From: Acidobacteriota bacterium
Lineage (GTDB): Bacteria > Acidobacteriota > UBA6911 > RPQK01 > JAJDTT01
Direction of reading: 5' to 3'
NCBI GenBank assembly: GCA_965217775.1
Contig: CBDCJH010000002.1
Coordinates: 480,001-544,000 of the forward strand
Length of the DNA stretch: 64,000 nt
Part shown: piece by piece, positions 50,245-60,945 of the stretch
Position numbering within the stretch: position 1 is the first letter of the stretch
How the letters are laid out: every line of letters begins with the position of its first letter
Position numbers and translations under genes: made by a program
Notes under the pieces: model-generated
Database searches by the model: none
What the model saw: only the letters and a program-made list of their open reading frames with translations
What the model was told of the DNA's origin: nothing

Positions 50245-51459
50245 ATGAAAATCCGGGTGAAGGTCTACGGTTTCCTGGCTATTGTCGCGGTTCTGGCCGC
50301 CGCTTGGCACTTTGGATCTCCCTACCTGGACAAGGACTCCAAAGATCCGTCCGCCGATGCCTCTCAAGAGGAAAAATCGGACGAAGGGGCAATCCCGGTC
50401 CAGTTGGAGCAAGTGAGTCAGGGATCCATTTCCTCGTTCCTGACCTCGACGTCCAACCTGAGGGCTCTTCGTGAAGTGGACCTTATGGCCCAGACGGAAG
50501 GGACCGTTCGTCGCGTTGCGGCCGAAGAGGGCGATTATGTCCAAGAGGGACAGCTACTGTGTGTCCTGGACGATCGGGAGCTGGTGATCCGCCGCCGGCT
50601 CACAGAGGAGAAGCTGGCCCAGACCCGGATCCAGTTGGAGAAGGCCCGGATCCGGGGGCAGAAGGCCCAGGTCCAGATCAAGAACACGTCCCTGGAATTG
50701 GACCGGAAGGAGCGGGCCTTCGCCGATGACCTGGTCAGCGAGGAGGAGGTGGCCACGCTCCGCTACCAGATCGCCGAATTGGAACACGACGAGCGCGCTG
50801 CCGCGTCCGAGGTGAGGGAGTTCACCCACCGGGTCAGCGAGCTGGAAACCGAAATCGAGCAGGTCCAACTGGAGATCTCCCGCAGTGAGCTTCGTGCCCC
50901 CTTTTCCGGCCACATCACGCGGCGCACCGTTGAGCTTGGCCAGACGGTCCGCGGATCGGACGCGTTGTTCCGGTTGGGCGCCTTTTCGCCCCTCTATGCC
51001 GATGTCCACGTGGCCGAGCGGGAAGCTCGCCTGGTGCGTCCCGGACAGGCGGCGGCGGTGGGGCTCGACGCCGGAGGGACGGAGTCGAGCCAGGGACGGG
51101 TGATCCGCATCAGTCCCGTCGTGGACGAGTCCACCGGAACGGTCAAGGTCACCATCGAATTGGTCTCCTCTAATTCCTTCTTCAAGCCGGGAGCCTTTGT
51201 CCGGGTGGACATCCGCACCGACACCCGGGAGCAGGCCACCATCGTCCCCAGAAGGGCGCTTCGGGAGCAGGACGGCGAGAGTTTCGTCTTCCTGGTCCGG
51301 GATGGAGTGGCCCACCGGCGTCCCGTGCGCCTGGGCTATCAGCGGGACCAGGAGGTCGAAGTCCTGGAGGGCGTCGACCCCGGCGACCCCCTCGTGGTGG
51401 CCGGCCACGGCCAGTTGAACGAGGGCTCCAAGGTCCGGGTAACCGGGCAAGGCCAGTGA
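50245..51459 (+). CDS. RND efflux periplasmic adaptor (MFP)
   Basis: N-terminal TM segment, lipoyl half-motifs (EEGDYV..GQ, LRAPFSG), long alpha-hairpin, ISPVVD..TGT. Confidence 0.93.
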   Translation: MKIRVKVYGFLAIVAVLAAAWHFGSPYLDKDSKDPSADASQEEKSDEGAIPVQLEQVSQGSISSFLTSTSNLRALREVDLMAQTEGTVRRVAAEEGDYVQEGQLLCVLDDRELVIRRRLTEEKLAQTRIQLEKARIRGQKAQVQIKNTSLELDRKERAFADDLVSEEEVATLRYQIAELEHDERAAASEVREFTHRVSELETEIEQVQLEISRSELRAPFSGHITRRTVELGQTVRGSDALFRLGAFSPLYADVHVAEREARLVRPGQAAAVGLDAGGTESSQGRVIRISPVVDESTGTVKVTIELVSSNSFFKPGAFVRVDIRTDTREQATIVPRRALREQDGESFVFLVRDGVAHRRPVRLGYQRDQEVEVLEGVDPGDPLVVAGHGQLNEGSKVRVTGQGQ

Positions 51460-51469
51460 CCGCCAGCCG

Positions 51470-54400
51470 ATGAGAACCGTCAGGACCGCGATCCGCCGCC
51501 CGGTCACCGTCTCCATGTTCGTGGTGGCCGTCTGTCTCTTCGGAGCGGTTTCGGTCGATCGCCTCTCGCTGGATCTCCTGCCCGACATCTCCTATCCCTC
51601 ATTGACGATTCAGACCGAGTTCGAGGACGCGGCTCCGGAAGAAGTCGAGGCGCTGGTCACCCGTCCCGTCGAGGAGAACGTCGGGGTGGTTCCGGGTCTC
51701 TCCCGGATCAGCTCGATTTCCCGGCCGGGCCAATCGGAAGTCATCCTGGAATTCGGCTGGGACACGGACATGGACCTGGCGGTCATGGACGTGAGGGAGA
51801 AGCTGGATCTGGCCAACCTCCCGACGGACGCGGAGAAGCCGGTGATCCTGCGCTTCGATCCCGCCTATGACCCGGTCATGAGGCTCCATCTGTATGGGGA
51901 CGCCCCCCTCAGCCGAATCCGGGACCTGGCGGAGCGAAAGGTGAAGCAAGGTCTGGAATCGACCTCGGGAGTGGCGGCGGTCAAAGTGGCCGGCGGCCGG
52001 GAGGAGCAGATCCGGATCGAGATCGACGAGAAACGGCTGGCCGAGCTGAACATTCCAGTCAGCGAGGTCAGCAGCGTCATTCGCGAGGCGAACCTCAATC
52101 AGGCCAGCGGGAGCCTGTACGACCTGGACGCCAACTACCTGGTCCGGGTGCTCAACGAGTTCCAATCGGTCGAGGAGATTCGGAATCTTATCGTTCGGAA
52201 TCTGGACGGACGCCAAGTGGTTCTGGGAGACGTGGCCAGAGTCTGGCGGGGGACCAAGGAACGGGACGTCATATCCCGCTTCAACGGCCGGGAGAGTGTG
52301 GAGCTGCGCATCTACAAGGAGGGCGACGCCAACGCGGTGGCGGTTTCCGAAGCGGTGAGAGAACGCCTGGAGCAGCTCAAGCAGCAGAAGACCTATCCCG
52401 GCGAGTTGACCCACGAGATCGTCTACGACCAAGCGCAGTTCATCAGTCTGGCGGTCCGGAACGTGGCGGCGGCGGCCCTCCTGGGAGGATTGCTGGCAAC
52501 GTTGGTCCTGTTCGTCTTCCTGCGGGACCTTCGCAGCACCGCCACCATCGGCCTCTCCATCCCGATTTCCGTCATGGCCACGTTTACCTTGATGTACCAG
52601 ACCGGCGTGACCCTGAACATCATGTCGCTGGGCGGAGTGGCCTTGGGAGTCGGCATGCTGGTGGACAATTCCATCGTGGTGCTGGAATCGATCCACCGGC
52701 ATCGACGGCGGAACCCGGACTTGGCGGAGGCCGTCTATCAGGGCACCCGTGAGGTGGGTCAGGCCGTGGCGGCGTCGACTCTGACCACGGTGGCCGTCTT
52801 TCTGCCCCTGATCTTCGTGGAGGGGATTGCGGGCCAGCTCTTCAAGGATCAGGCCCTGACCATCACCTACTCCCTCCTCGCCTCCCTGGCCGTCGCCCTT
52901 ACCGTCATTCCCATGGTCCTGTCCCGGCGGAGGATCGCGGTGGAGCCGGTCGCCCAGTCCGGCACCGGACAGGTTCCGGCGGCAGGCGGCGAGGAAGCCC
53001 GGCTGGCGCGTCTGATCCGAGCCGCGGGACGCGGCGGGGCGCGGGTCTTGAGGTTCCTCACCGTGGATCTGGTTCTGGTCGTGGTTGGCGACCTGAGACG
53101 TTTGCTCAGGACTCTGGGACGAGGCCTGCTGAAACCCCTGAACCCCTTGCTGGGGCGGTTCGATTCCGGCTTCGAGTCTCTGCGGCGAACCTATCCCCGC
53201 TTCCTGGCCTGGTCTCTCGACCACAAGGGGAGCGTATTGGCTCTCACCTTGGGCCTGGTGGGTGCCAGCGCCGGGCTGGCCCAGTTTCTCGGGGCCGAGT
53301 TGATCCCATCCCTGGTTCAGGGAAAGTTCTCCTTCGAGATCCAGCTTCCCCAAGGGAAGCCTTTGGAAGAGACCGATCGGATCATCCGGCAGGTGGAGAG
53401 CCAGGTGTTGGCTCTGGACGGGGTGGCCACCGTCTTCTCCAGCGTGGGAGGAGGGGCCGATGACCAGTTCGCGACGGGTCCGCTCGAAGAGCACCGGGGC
53501 TGGATTCACGTCTCCATGGAGGACGGCCGTGACAAAGCGGGCGAGGAGCGTGTGATCGGCCGCACCAGAAGTCTGCTGGGACGATATCCGGGACTCACCC
53601 ACCTGTTCGGCCGGCCCACCCTCTTCAGCTTCAGAGAGCCGGTGGAGGTGGAGATCTACAGCTACGACCTCGCTCAACAGCGGAGCATCGCCGAGAAGGT
53701 GATGGCTCGGCTCTCCGGGATCGACGGCCTGGCCGATGTTCAGAGTTCGACCCGATTGGGGAACCCCGAGGTCCGGATCAGTTTTCGGCGGGAGCAATTG
53801 GCCCGGCTGGGCCTGGACGAAGGTCAGGCGGCTGAGATCCTGAGGAGCAAGATCCGCGGCGACGTGGCCTCCCGCTACCGGGACCAGGAGAGACAGCTCG
53901 ATATTCTGGTCCAGGCGGCCGAATCGGATCGGGACGCCATTGAGGATGTTCGCGATCTCGTCATCAATACTCGGCTGGACCGCACCGGCGCCGGCGGAAA
54001 TCGGCGTGGTACCGGGGACGGTGCCCGGTCCGGCGAAGGCGGCACGCGGTCCGGATCGAATCCGGCGCGGACGGAGCTGGAATCCGATACCGAGGAAGAG
54101 AACTCCCAAGTGCCGATCCGGTTGGGATCCGTGGCCCAGGTGCAGCTTTCGCGGGGACCCGGTGAGATTCGCCGCGTGGGTTCCCAACGGGCGGCCGTGG
54201 TGTCGGCCAACCTGGCGGGAGCGGATCTGGGCACCGTCTCCCAAAAGATCGAGGCCGAGCTCTCCGGAATGTCCCGAGAGCTGCCGCCCGATTCAGTGGT
54301 GACTCTGGGTGGGCAACACCGCGAATACGACCGTTCCCGGAGCAGCCTGCTCTTCGCTCTGGCTCTGGCGGTGCTCCTGGTCTACCTGGTGATGGCGTCG

Positions 54401-54850
54401 CAATTCGAATCCCTGGTCCACCCTTTCGTCATCCTGTTCACGGTGCCGGTGGCCTTGGTGGGGGTGGTGGCCGCTCTATTCGTGACCGGATCGACGGTCA
54501 GCGTCATGGTGTTGCTGGGCGTGATCATCCTGGTCGGGATCGTGGTCAACAACGGGATCGTCCTGATCGACTACACCAATCAGCTCCGCCACCGGGGGTT
54601 GAGTCGCCGGGAGGCGCTGATCGAGGCGGGACAAGTGCGATTGCGGCCCATCCTCATGACCACGCTGACCACGGTCCTGGGACTGCTTCCCATGGCCCTG
54701 GGCTGGGGCGAGGGCTCGGAGGTGCGAACCCCCATGGCCATCACCGTGATGGGCGGATTGCTCTTCGCCACGCTCCTGACATTGATCCTGGTGCCGGTGC
54801 TCTACGAGGGCCTGGACCGAAAGCCGGAGACATCAAGCCATGCAGGGTGA
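51470..54850 (+). CDS. RND efflux permease subunit 1 (AcrB/HAE1-like)
   Basis: RRPVT, APEEVE, GMLVDNSIVV.E, GIVVNNGIVLID, RLRPILMTT. Confidence 0.95.
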   Translation: MRTVRTAIRRPVTVSMFVVAVCLFGAVSVDRLSLDLLPDISYPSLTIQTEFEDAAPEEVEALVTRPVEENVGVVPGLSRISSISRPGQSEVILEFGWDTDMDLAVMDVREKLDLANLPTDAEKPVILRFDPAYDPVMRLHLYGDAPLSRIRDLAERKVKQGLESTSGVAAVKVAGGREEQIRIEIDEKRLAELNIPVSEVSSVIREANLNQASGSLYDLDANYLVRVLNEFQSVEEIRNLIVRNLDGRQVVLGDVARVWRGTKERDVISRFNGRESVELRIYKEGDANAVAVSEAVRERLEQLKQQKTYPGELTHEIVYDQAQFISLAVRNVAAAALLGGLLATLVLFVFLRDLRSTATIGLSIPISVMATFTLMYQTGVTLNIMSLGGVALGVGMLVDNSIVVLESIHRHRRRNPDLAEAVYQGTREVGQAVAASTLTTVAVFLPLIFVEGIAGQLFKDQALTITYSLLASLAVALTVIPMVLSRRRIAVEPVAQSGTGQVPAAGGEEARLARLIRAAGRGGARVLRFLTVDLVLVVVGDLRRLLRTLGRGLLKPLNPLLGRFDSGFESLRRTYPRFLAWSLDHKGSVLALTLGLVGASAGLAQFLGAELIPSLVQGKFSFEIQLPQGKPLEETDRIIRQVESQVLALDGVATVFSSVGGGADDQFATGPLEEHRGWIHVSMEDGRDKAGEERVIGRTRSLLGRYPGLTHLFGRPTLFSFREPVEVEIYSYDLAQQRSIAEKVMARLSGIDGLADVQSSTRLGNPEVRISFRREQLARLGLDEGQAAEILRSKIRGDVASRYRDQERQLDILVQAAESDRDAIEDVRDLVINTRLDRTGAGGNRRGTGDGARSGEGGTRSGSNPARTELESDTEEENSQVPIRLGSVAQVQLSRGPGEIRRVGSQRAAVVSANLAGADLGTVSQKIEAELSGMSRELPPDSVVTLGGQHREYDRSRSSLLFALALAVLLVYLVMASQFESLVHPFVILFTVPVALVGVVAALFVTGSTVSVMVLLGVIILVGIVVNNGIVLIDYTNQLRHRGLSRREALIEAGQVRLRPILMTTLTTVLGLLPMALGWGEGSEVRTPMAITVMGGLLFATLLTLILVPVLYEGLDRKPETSSHAG

Positions 54851-57800
54851 CCGGAAGGCGAACTCGTCCTCGACTAAGACGGGCGGCCCGAACTCCTCGG
54901 CGCTGGCCGGCTTTTCCGTGCGCTATCCGGTGACCATCTGCGCCGTCTTCTCCTTGCTGCTCCTGGTGGGCGTGGTCTCCCTGTTCAAGATTCCGCTGGT
55001 GTTGTTTCCCAACCTGGACCTCCCCTTTGTGATGGTGCAGGTTCCTTATCCCAATGCCACGCCGGCTCATGTCCTGCAGACCATCACCAAACCGGTGGAA
55101 GAGGTCGTCAGCACGGTCCCCGGTATCCAATGGATGCAGTCTTTCTCCAATAGCGGCAGGTCCGGGGTGCAAACGTTTTTCGACATGAACATGGACGTGC
55201 AGCGGCTCCGGGGAGAGGTCAGGGAGAGGGTCGAGCGGATCCGCGGCGAGCTTCCGGAAGACGTGGAACGGATCGACGTGGTCAACTTCAGTACCGACGA
55301 TACGCCCATCCTGGGACTGAGGATTGCGTCCGAGAGGAACCTGCAGACCGCCTACGAGTTCCTGGACGTGAAGATCAAAAGACGGATCGAGCGGGTCCCG
55401 GGAGTGGCCGAGGTCGAACTTTTCGGAACTCAGAGGCCCGAGATCGGCGTGTATCTGAGCCTGGATCAGCTCAGAAGGTATCGGGTGGACGCAGGCCGGC
55501 TCTACCGGAACCTGTCGGGCATCAACCTGGACCGCTCTCTGGGGCAGTTCACGGACAGCGGAGTCCGCTACAGCGCCATGACCCGGGGCATGTTCCGGTC
55601 TCTGGAGGACTTCAACGTCTTTCCCGTGAACGAGCGGGGCCTGCGCCTGGAGAACGTAGCCGATGTGGTCTACGAGAGTCCCGTGGCCCATGCCAGCCAG
55701 CACCTCAACGGCGAGTACGCGGTGGGTCTCTGGGTTCGCAAGGCCGCCGAAGCCAACACCGTGACCACGGTGCGAGCCGTGGAGGCGGAGTTGGAGAAGA
55801 TCAAGGCGGACCCCGCCCTGAAGGGAATCCAACTGGAGCCCCTCCGCAACGCCGGCGCCGAGATCGTCAAGGCCCTCAAGGGACTCCTCACGGCCGGGAC
55901 CGTCGGCGCACTCCTGGCTCTGGGGGTGCTGGTCCTCTTCCTTCGCAAGTGGAGCGCGGCCCTGGTGGTTGCCCTGGCCATTCCCTTCTCCCTGGTTGGA
56001 AGCCTCGGGTTCCTCTACTTCGGTGGCCTGAGCCTGAACGTCCTCTCGATGATGGGACTCATGCTGGCCACCGGAATGTTGGTGGACAACGCCATCGTCG
56101 TGTTGGAATCGATCTACCGGAAACTCGAGCAAGGAGCAGACCGTCTGGAGGCGGTCAAACAGGGAACCCAGGAGGTGCAGATGGCGGTGATCGCAGCCAC
56201 CCTCACCTCCATCATCATTTTCGTCCCCCTGGTCTTCGGCGCCCAGAGCTTTCTCAGCTTCTGGCTCCGACACACCGGCCTGGCCATTATCTTCGCGCTT
56301 CTCTGTTCTCTGTTTCTCTCTTTGACCCTGATCCCCTTGGCCATGGGACGCTTCCTGAAGCTGGACGTGGCTCCTGCAGCCGGCACCGAACCGATCCCAG
56401 CCACAGGTGACGGTGACGCCTTTGTCGCCAGGGACGGTCGGAAACCAGGCCGCTGGCGGATCATGGATTTCTACCTGAAACTGGTGGCCTGGCCCCTGAG
56501 ACATCGCTTCCTGGTGGGCTTCCTGCTGGTTCCGCTGGCGGTCGCCGGCTCCGGCTGGCTGCTTCTCAACGTCGTCCCCGACAACGCTCCGGACGCCCAG
56601 GAACCGGGCAGCCTCCGGGTCCGCTACGAATTCACCGAGAACTATCACTACGCCAAGATCGAAAGAGACTACGTCGATCCAGTCGAATCATTCCTCGCGG
56701 AGAACCAGGAGGCTTTCAAGATCGATCAGGTCTTCAGCTCCTTCTCCAACAACAGCGCGTCGACCGAAATCTATCTCCACGGTGACGGGATCGGTCTGGA
56801 AGAGATGGAGGAGATCCGCGGGAAGATCTCGGCCGGACTCCCGGTGATCCCGGGTTGCCGGATCGAGTTGTCCGGTCAGAGTGGAAGGCAGAACCGGGAA
56901 GGGATCAACGTGAGCCTCTACGGCGATGATCCTCGAGTCCTGGACGGACTGCTGAGTGAGGCCCGGACCCGCCTCCGGCAACATCCCGACTTTTCCCAGG
57001 TGTCCGCGCCTCGGGACAGCACCCGCGAGGAGGTTCAGATCCGATTGCGCGGGGATCTGGCCCGCCGCTACGGTGTGTCCACCCGGTCCGTTTCCGAGAT
57101 TCTGGGGATCCTGATGCGAGGCCGGCAGGTTCGGGGCTTCCGCACGTCGGAAGGGGAAGTGGACGTCATCATCCGGCTCCGGCCGGAGGATCGGAGCGGG
57201 CTGGAGGACCTGCGCTCGGCCGTGGTGGGCTACGGAGACGAGGGAGAGGAGATCCTGTTGTCTCAAGTCGCCGATCTTCGGATCGAGAAGGTTGCAGCGC
57301 AGGTCCAGCGGGAGGATCGGCAGACTTATGCCAACTTTTTCGCCACCTACTCGGGAGACAAGAGGGACGAGGGCATCCGGCAGATGACGGTGGTCATGGA
57401 CGGCTTGGACTATCCGGACGGCTATGGGTGGTCGCTGGGCTTCTGGACCCGGCGGAACCAGCAATCGGATCAGGAGTGGGTCTTCAACATCCTGCTGGCG
57501 CTCTTCATGGTCTACTTCGTCATGGCCTCCCTGTTCGAATCCCTGACCCATCCCCTGGCCATCATGCTGTCGCTGCCCTTTTCGGTGGTGGGAATCGCCG
57601 GCTTTCTGCTCATCACCGGGACACCCTTCAACGTGATGGCCAAGATCGGATGCCTGGTGCTCATCGGAATCGTGGTGAACAACGGCATCGTCCTCATCGA
57701 CCGGATCAACACCCTTCGACGCCAGGGGGTCGACCGCCGCCGCGCCATACTGGAGGGTTGCCGCGATCGCTTTCGTCCCATCGTGATGACGGCGACCACC

Positions 57801-58031
57801 ACGGTCGTGGGTCTGATTCCGCTGGCCTACAGCTACAGCAGCTTTTTCGATTTGCGGTACTTTCCCATGGCCCGCACCGTCATGGGCGGACTCATCGCCT
57901 CCACGGTGCTGACTCTGGTGGTGCTGCCCACCTACTACACCCTCTTCGACGACCTGACGATCTGGCTCCGGCGGAGCTGGCAAACCAGCGACCCGTCGCC
58001 GTCCCTGGATCCTGTACGTCAGGAGCCATGA
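54840..58031 (+). CDS. RND efflux permease subunit 2
   Basis: GMLVDNAIVVLE, GIVVNNGIVLID, RFRPIVMT; overlaps the end of subunit 1. Confidence 0.95.
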   Translation: MQGDRKANSSSTKTGGPNSSALAGFSVRYPVTICAVFSLLLLVGVVSLFKIPLVLFPNLDLPFVMVQVPYPNATPAHVLQTITKPVEEVVSTVPGIQWMQSFSNSGRSGVQTFFDMNMDVQRLRGEVRERVERIRGELPEDVERIDVVNFSTDDTPILGLRIASERNLQTAYEFLDVKIKRRIERVPGVAEVELFGTQRPEIGVYLSLDQLRRYRVDAGRLYRNLSGINLDRSLGQFTDSGVRYSAMTRGMFRSLEDFNVFPVNERGLRLENVADVVYESPVAHASQHLNGEYAVGLWVRKAAEANTVTTVRAVEAELEKIKADPALKGIQLEPLRNAGAEIVKALKGLLTAGTVGALLALGVLVLFLRKWSAALVVALAIPFSLVGSLGFLYFGGLSLNVLSMMGLMLATGMLVDNAIVVLESIYRKLEQGADRLEAVKQGTQEVQMAVIAATLTSIIIFVPLVFGAQSFLSFWLRHTGLAIIFALLCSLFLSLTLIPLAMGRFLKLDVAPAAGTEPIPATGDGDAFVARDGRKPGRWRIMDFYLKLVAWPLRHRFLVGFLLVPLAVAGSGWLLLNVVPDNAPDAQEPGSLRVRYEFTENYHYAKIERDYVDPVESFLAENQEAFKIDQVFSSFSNNSASTEIYLHGDGIGLEEMEEIRGKISAGLPVIPGCRIELSGQSGRQNREGINVSLYGDDPRVLDGLLSEARTRLRQHPDFSQVSAPRDSTREEVQIRLRGDLARRYGVSTRSVSEILGILMRGRQVRGFRTSEGEVDVIIRLRPEDRSGLEDLRSAVVGYGDEGEEILLSQVADLRIEKVAAQVQREDRQTYANFFATYSGDKRDEGIRQMTVVMDGLDYPDGYGWSLGFWTRRNQQSDQEWVFNILLALFMVYFVMASLFESLTHPLAIMLSLPFSVVGIAGFLLITGTPFNVMAKIGCLVLIGIVVNNGIVLIDRINTLRRQGVDRRRAILEGCRDRFRPIVMTATTTVVGLIPLAYSYSSFFDLRYFPMARTVMGGLIASTVLTLVVLPTYYTLFDDLTIWLRRSWQTSDPSPSLDPVRQEP

Positions 58032-58103
58032 TCTGCTGGCCCTCATTGAAACGGCTGTTGCGGCGGCCGCCGGCCGGATAGATGGGGGACAAGGAAGAAA
58101 ACC

Positions 58104-58816
58104 ATGGGAAAACGCTTGAGTCGGAGGGAGTTTCAAAGCAGTGTGGGAGCCTTGACCGTAGCCGGGAGCACGCTCTCGGTACAGGGGACTCCGGTCGAAG
58201 GGGACGGAACCGGCGAATTGAGATATCGCTGGACGGTTCCCGCCGGCCTGTCCTGGTCCGATTCCAGACGAATCCGGGGCAGCTTCCTCCTCAGGTTCCG
58301 GGACGACGGCCGGACGTGGGGACAGGCCTCCTTGATCAGCCGCGAGAATCACGGCGAGACGTCGTTGCTCCACTTTCCGCGGGGGAGTTGTTGGCGGCCA
58401 TGCGAGGCGCCAGCCCGAAAGGTCACGATGTGTGGCTGACCCGGTCGAAGGACTTGGGCCGGACCTGGTCCTCGCCGATTCGGGCTACAGGGCACGGTCA
58501 GCACCCCGCCGACTTGACGGCGCTTTCGGACCGGCACCTGTTGCTGGTCTTCGGTCACCGCCGGTCTCCCTTCGGCGTCCGGGCCATGGTGAGCCGGGAC
58601 CAAGGCCGCACCTGGGACCGGGACCGCAGTCTGACTCTGGCCTCGGAGAGTCTGGACAGCGACTGCGGCTATCCCAGCGTCGTCCGGCTGGACGGCGGCG
58701 AGGTCCTGGTGGCCTATTACCTCCGCCAGGGCCATGGTCCCTTCGTGAACCCGCCCGACCGGTTCGGCGGTCCCTATGCGGCGGCGGTCAAGTTTCGGAT
58801 TGCGGATGTCGTGTAG
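58104..58816 (+). pseudogene. Frameshifted BNR/Asp-box (sialidase-like) gene with a Tat-like leader
   Basis: Frame 1: MGKRLSRREF...RDDGRTW...ETSLLH. Continues in another frame from about 58373: LSAGELLAAMR...SKDLGRTW...SRDQGRTW...DCGYPS. Confidence 0.7.
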
Positions 58817-58884
58817 GTTGGCGTTCCGCCGATGATTGGTGATGGCGTCGTGCTTCCAGACCGAAATACGAGGTGGCGACGTAT

Positions 58885-60945
58885 TCAGTCCAAAAGCGCC
58901 TTGAAGACGCCATCAGCGGAATCGCTGTAGAACTCGATGTTGATCTTGGTCCATAGCTCATCGGGGAGGTCGATGAGGGGACGCCGGGACGACACGGGCA
59001 TGAGCAGTGTGGCGGCCTGCTTGTCCACCGCCAACTCCGCTATTGCGATCGGGTTGTAGATCAGATCAACGGATCCGCCGAGGTTGAGCGGTCCCACGAT
59101 GATGGCGCCGCCGCGCGTGCTCCGTTCCAGAAGCGAGCCGACACAGGCCACCAGCACCGGCAGGCCCAATCCTGCGCCCGATTTGTCCGCATCGAACGGG
59201 CGAAGTTGGATCGTGTACTCGTGGGAACGAGGATCGCGACTCCCGACCAATTCCTTGGCGCGCGCATAGAGATTCTGCTCACCCACCTTCACGCTCTGCC
59301 GAAACGCGGGGGGCGATGGTTGATTCAGTATTTTGGCGCCTCCTCCTGGGCCGACGGCCACCTCGATCCGATAGAGTCCGACGCCTGCTTCGCCGCTGCC
59401 TGATCCCACCGCCCAAACTTGCCCCGGTGGCAGAGGATCCGAATCGATGGCCTCGTCGCTGTGCAGCTCCGGAGTCGCGACAAATTGCTCGACTCCGTCG
59501 ACCCCCAACGTGAACGAGAAGTGCGTATTCCGGAACTCACTCTTGAGGCAACGCTTCTGCTGCTCCTTGACCCGGCGGCGGGACTCCAGCGCGATTCGAA
59601 GAATCCATTCCAGATCTTCATCCGGAACGCGCATCTCCGGGTCCGGATACAGCAACTTGATCAGCCCGGATGTGGTCTTGTGCACGGCCTCAATGTCGCG
59701 GCCCGAAAGAGCCCCACCCCAGAACACACGGTTCTGCAGCGTTGTGAGACGGCTGGTCTGACGCATCCGCGACCAGCATTCGCTGAGGAAGTCGCTCACG
59801 AGTCCGAAGTGGTGGGTCAGGTGCTCATTGGGATTGAGTTTGGGGAAGTCCCATCCGGAGGCGTAAGAGTGAATCCGGTCGTGAAACGCGGTGTCGTCGC
59901 GCATTTCCTTGGGCAACGGACTCAAGAGATGTCCGATCCGCTGCTGCTGCTCGACGTCGACGTCGAAGTTGCCAACCATCACGATGGAGCCCTCGGCACG
60001 GATGCTCTCCTTGCCCCGGCTGAACTCACCGGCGGCCATGTAGCCCTTCATGATGTTGACGCCGTCCTTCTGGTCGAAAGAGATTCCGGCGATCTCGTCG
60101 AAGCAGAGAACATCGTACTGACAAACGAGACCGCGGCGGCCGTTCGCCATGTTCACGAACATCTTGGCAACCGTTGCCTTGCCGCCCGAAAGCAAATGAG
60201 AATATGGCGAGATCTGCTGGTAAACGTGGCTCTTGCCCGTCCCGCGAGGACCGAGTTCGACCAGGTTGTAATTGCGCTCGACGAAGGGAGCCATTCGCAG
60301 CAAGGCGACCCATTTTGCCCGCTCCTCCAACGCTTCCGGTTCCAGGCCGGTGGAACGGATCAGGAAGTCACGCCACTGCTCAGTATCGAATTTTCGACGA
60401 CCCTTGGCCAGAACGTCGAGTACTTTCGGGTTTGACATCTGAATCGGACGCAACAATCCGATACCAAAAGGTCGGCCCTGTTTTTCTTGGGCCGTGATGG
60501 GATCGTAGGTGAGTGTTACCTCCGCATAGAATCCGTCGGCGAGCATCCTCTCGTTGGTCTTAACGATGGAATCCGCGACTTGCACGTCCTTCAGATGCAA
60601 ACTCGGCAACTCAGCGACGTAACAGTCGTTCCTGGCGTCCAACCGTGCCCTCACAATATCGATCAGTTTTACGGAGCCATTCTCCCGCGCCCGCGATTTG
60701 AAGATCTCGCGATCGCTGGTCCGGACCGTCCGGCCCTGAAGCTGCTTCTCGACGATGGCCAACCCTTCCTCGATTTCCTCTTCGTCGACGCTCGCGCAGT
60801 AGCGACCGAGGAGGAATTCCACGACGTAGGTTGGAACGGGGTATTGGCGTGCGTAACGTCGCACCAGATCCTTGCGGACGAGATAGCCTGGAAAAGCACT
60901 AGCGGCAATATTGTCCAAGTAATCCATCTCGACGGACTGAGTCAT
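58885..60945 (-). CDS. brxL: BREX Lon-like AAA+ protein BrxL
   Basis: VPTYVVEFLLGRYC, ELGPRGTGKSH, FDEI, MKGYM..GEFSRG, AFHDRIH; coupled to pglZ. Confidence 0.93.
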   Translation of the reverse strand: MTQSVEMDYLDNIAASAFPGYLVRKDLVRRYARQYPVPTYVVEFLLGRYCASVDEEEIEEGLAIVEKQLQGRTVRTSDREIFKSRARENGSVKLIDIVRARLDARNDCYVAELPSLHLKDVQVADSIVKTNERMLADGFYAEVTLTYDPITAQEKQGRPFGIGLLRPIQMSNPKVLDVLAKGRRKFDTEQWRDFLIRSTGLEPEALEERAKWVALLRMAPFVERNYNLVELGPRGTGKSHVYQQISPYSHLLSGGKATVAKMFVNMANGRRGLVCQYDVLCFDEIAGISFDQKDGVNIMKGYMAAGEFSRGKESIRAEGSIVMVGNFDVDVEQQQRIGHLLSPLPKEMRDDTAFHDRIHSYASGWDFPKLNPNEHLTHHFGLVSDFLSECWSRMRQTSRLTTLQNRVFWGGALSGRDIEAVHKTTSGLIKLLYPDPEMRVPDEDLEWILRIALESRRRVKEQQKRCLKSEFRNTHFSFTLGVDGVEQFVATPELHSDEAIDSDPLPPGQVWAVGSGSGEAGVGLYRIEVAVGPGGGAKILNQPSPPAFRQSVKVGEQNLYARAKELVGSRDPRSHEYTIQLRPFDADKSGAGLGLPVLVACVGSLLERSTRGGAIIVGPLNLGGSVDLIYNPIAIAELAVDKQAATLLMPVSSRRPLIDLPDELWTKINIEFYSDSADGVFKALLD

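Noticed and set aside
58885-59500. Missing Lon Ser-Lys catalytic motif in BrxL as a novelty
   Set aside because: A degenerate Lon-like C-terminal domain is already known for BrxL proteins.
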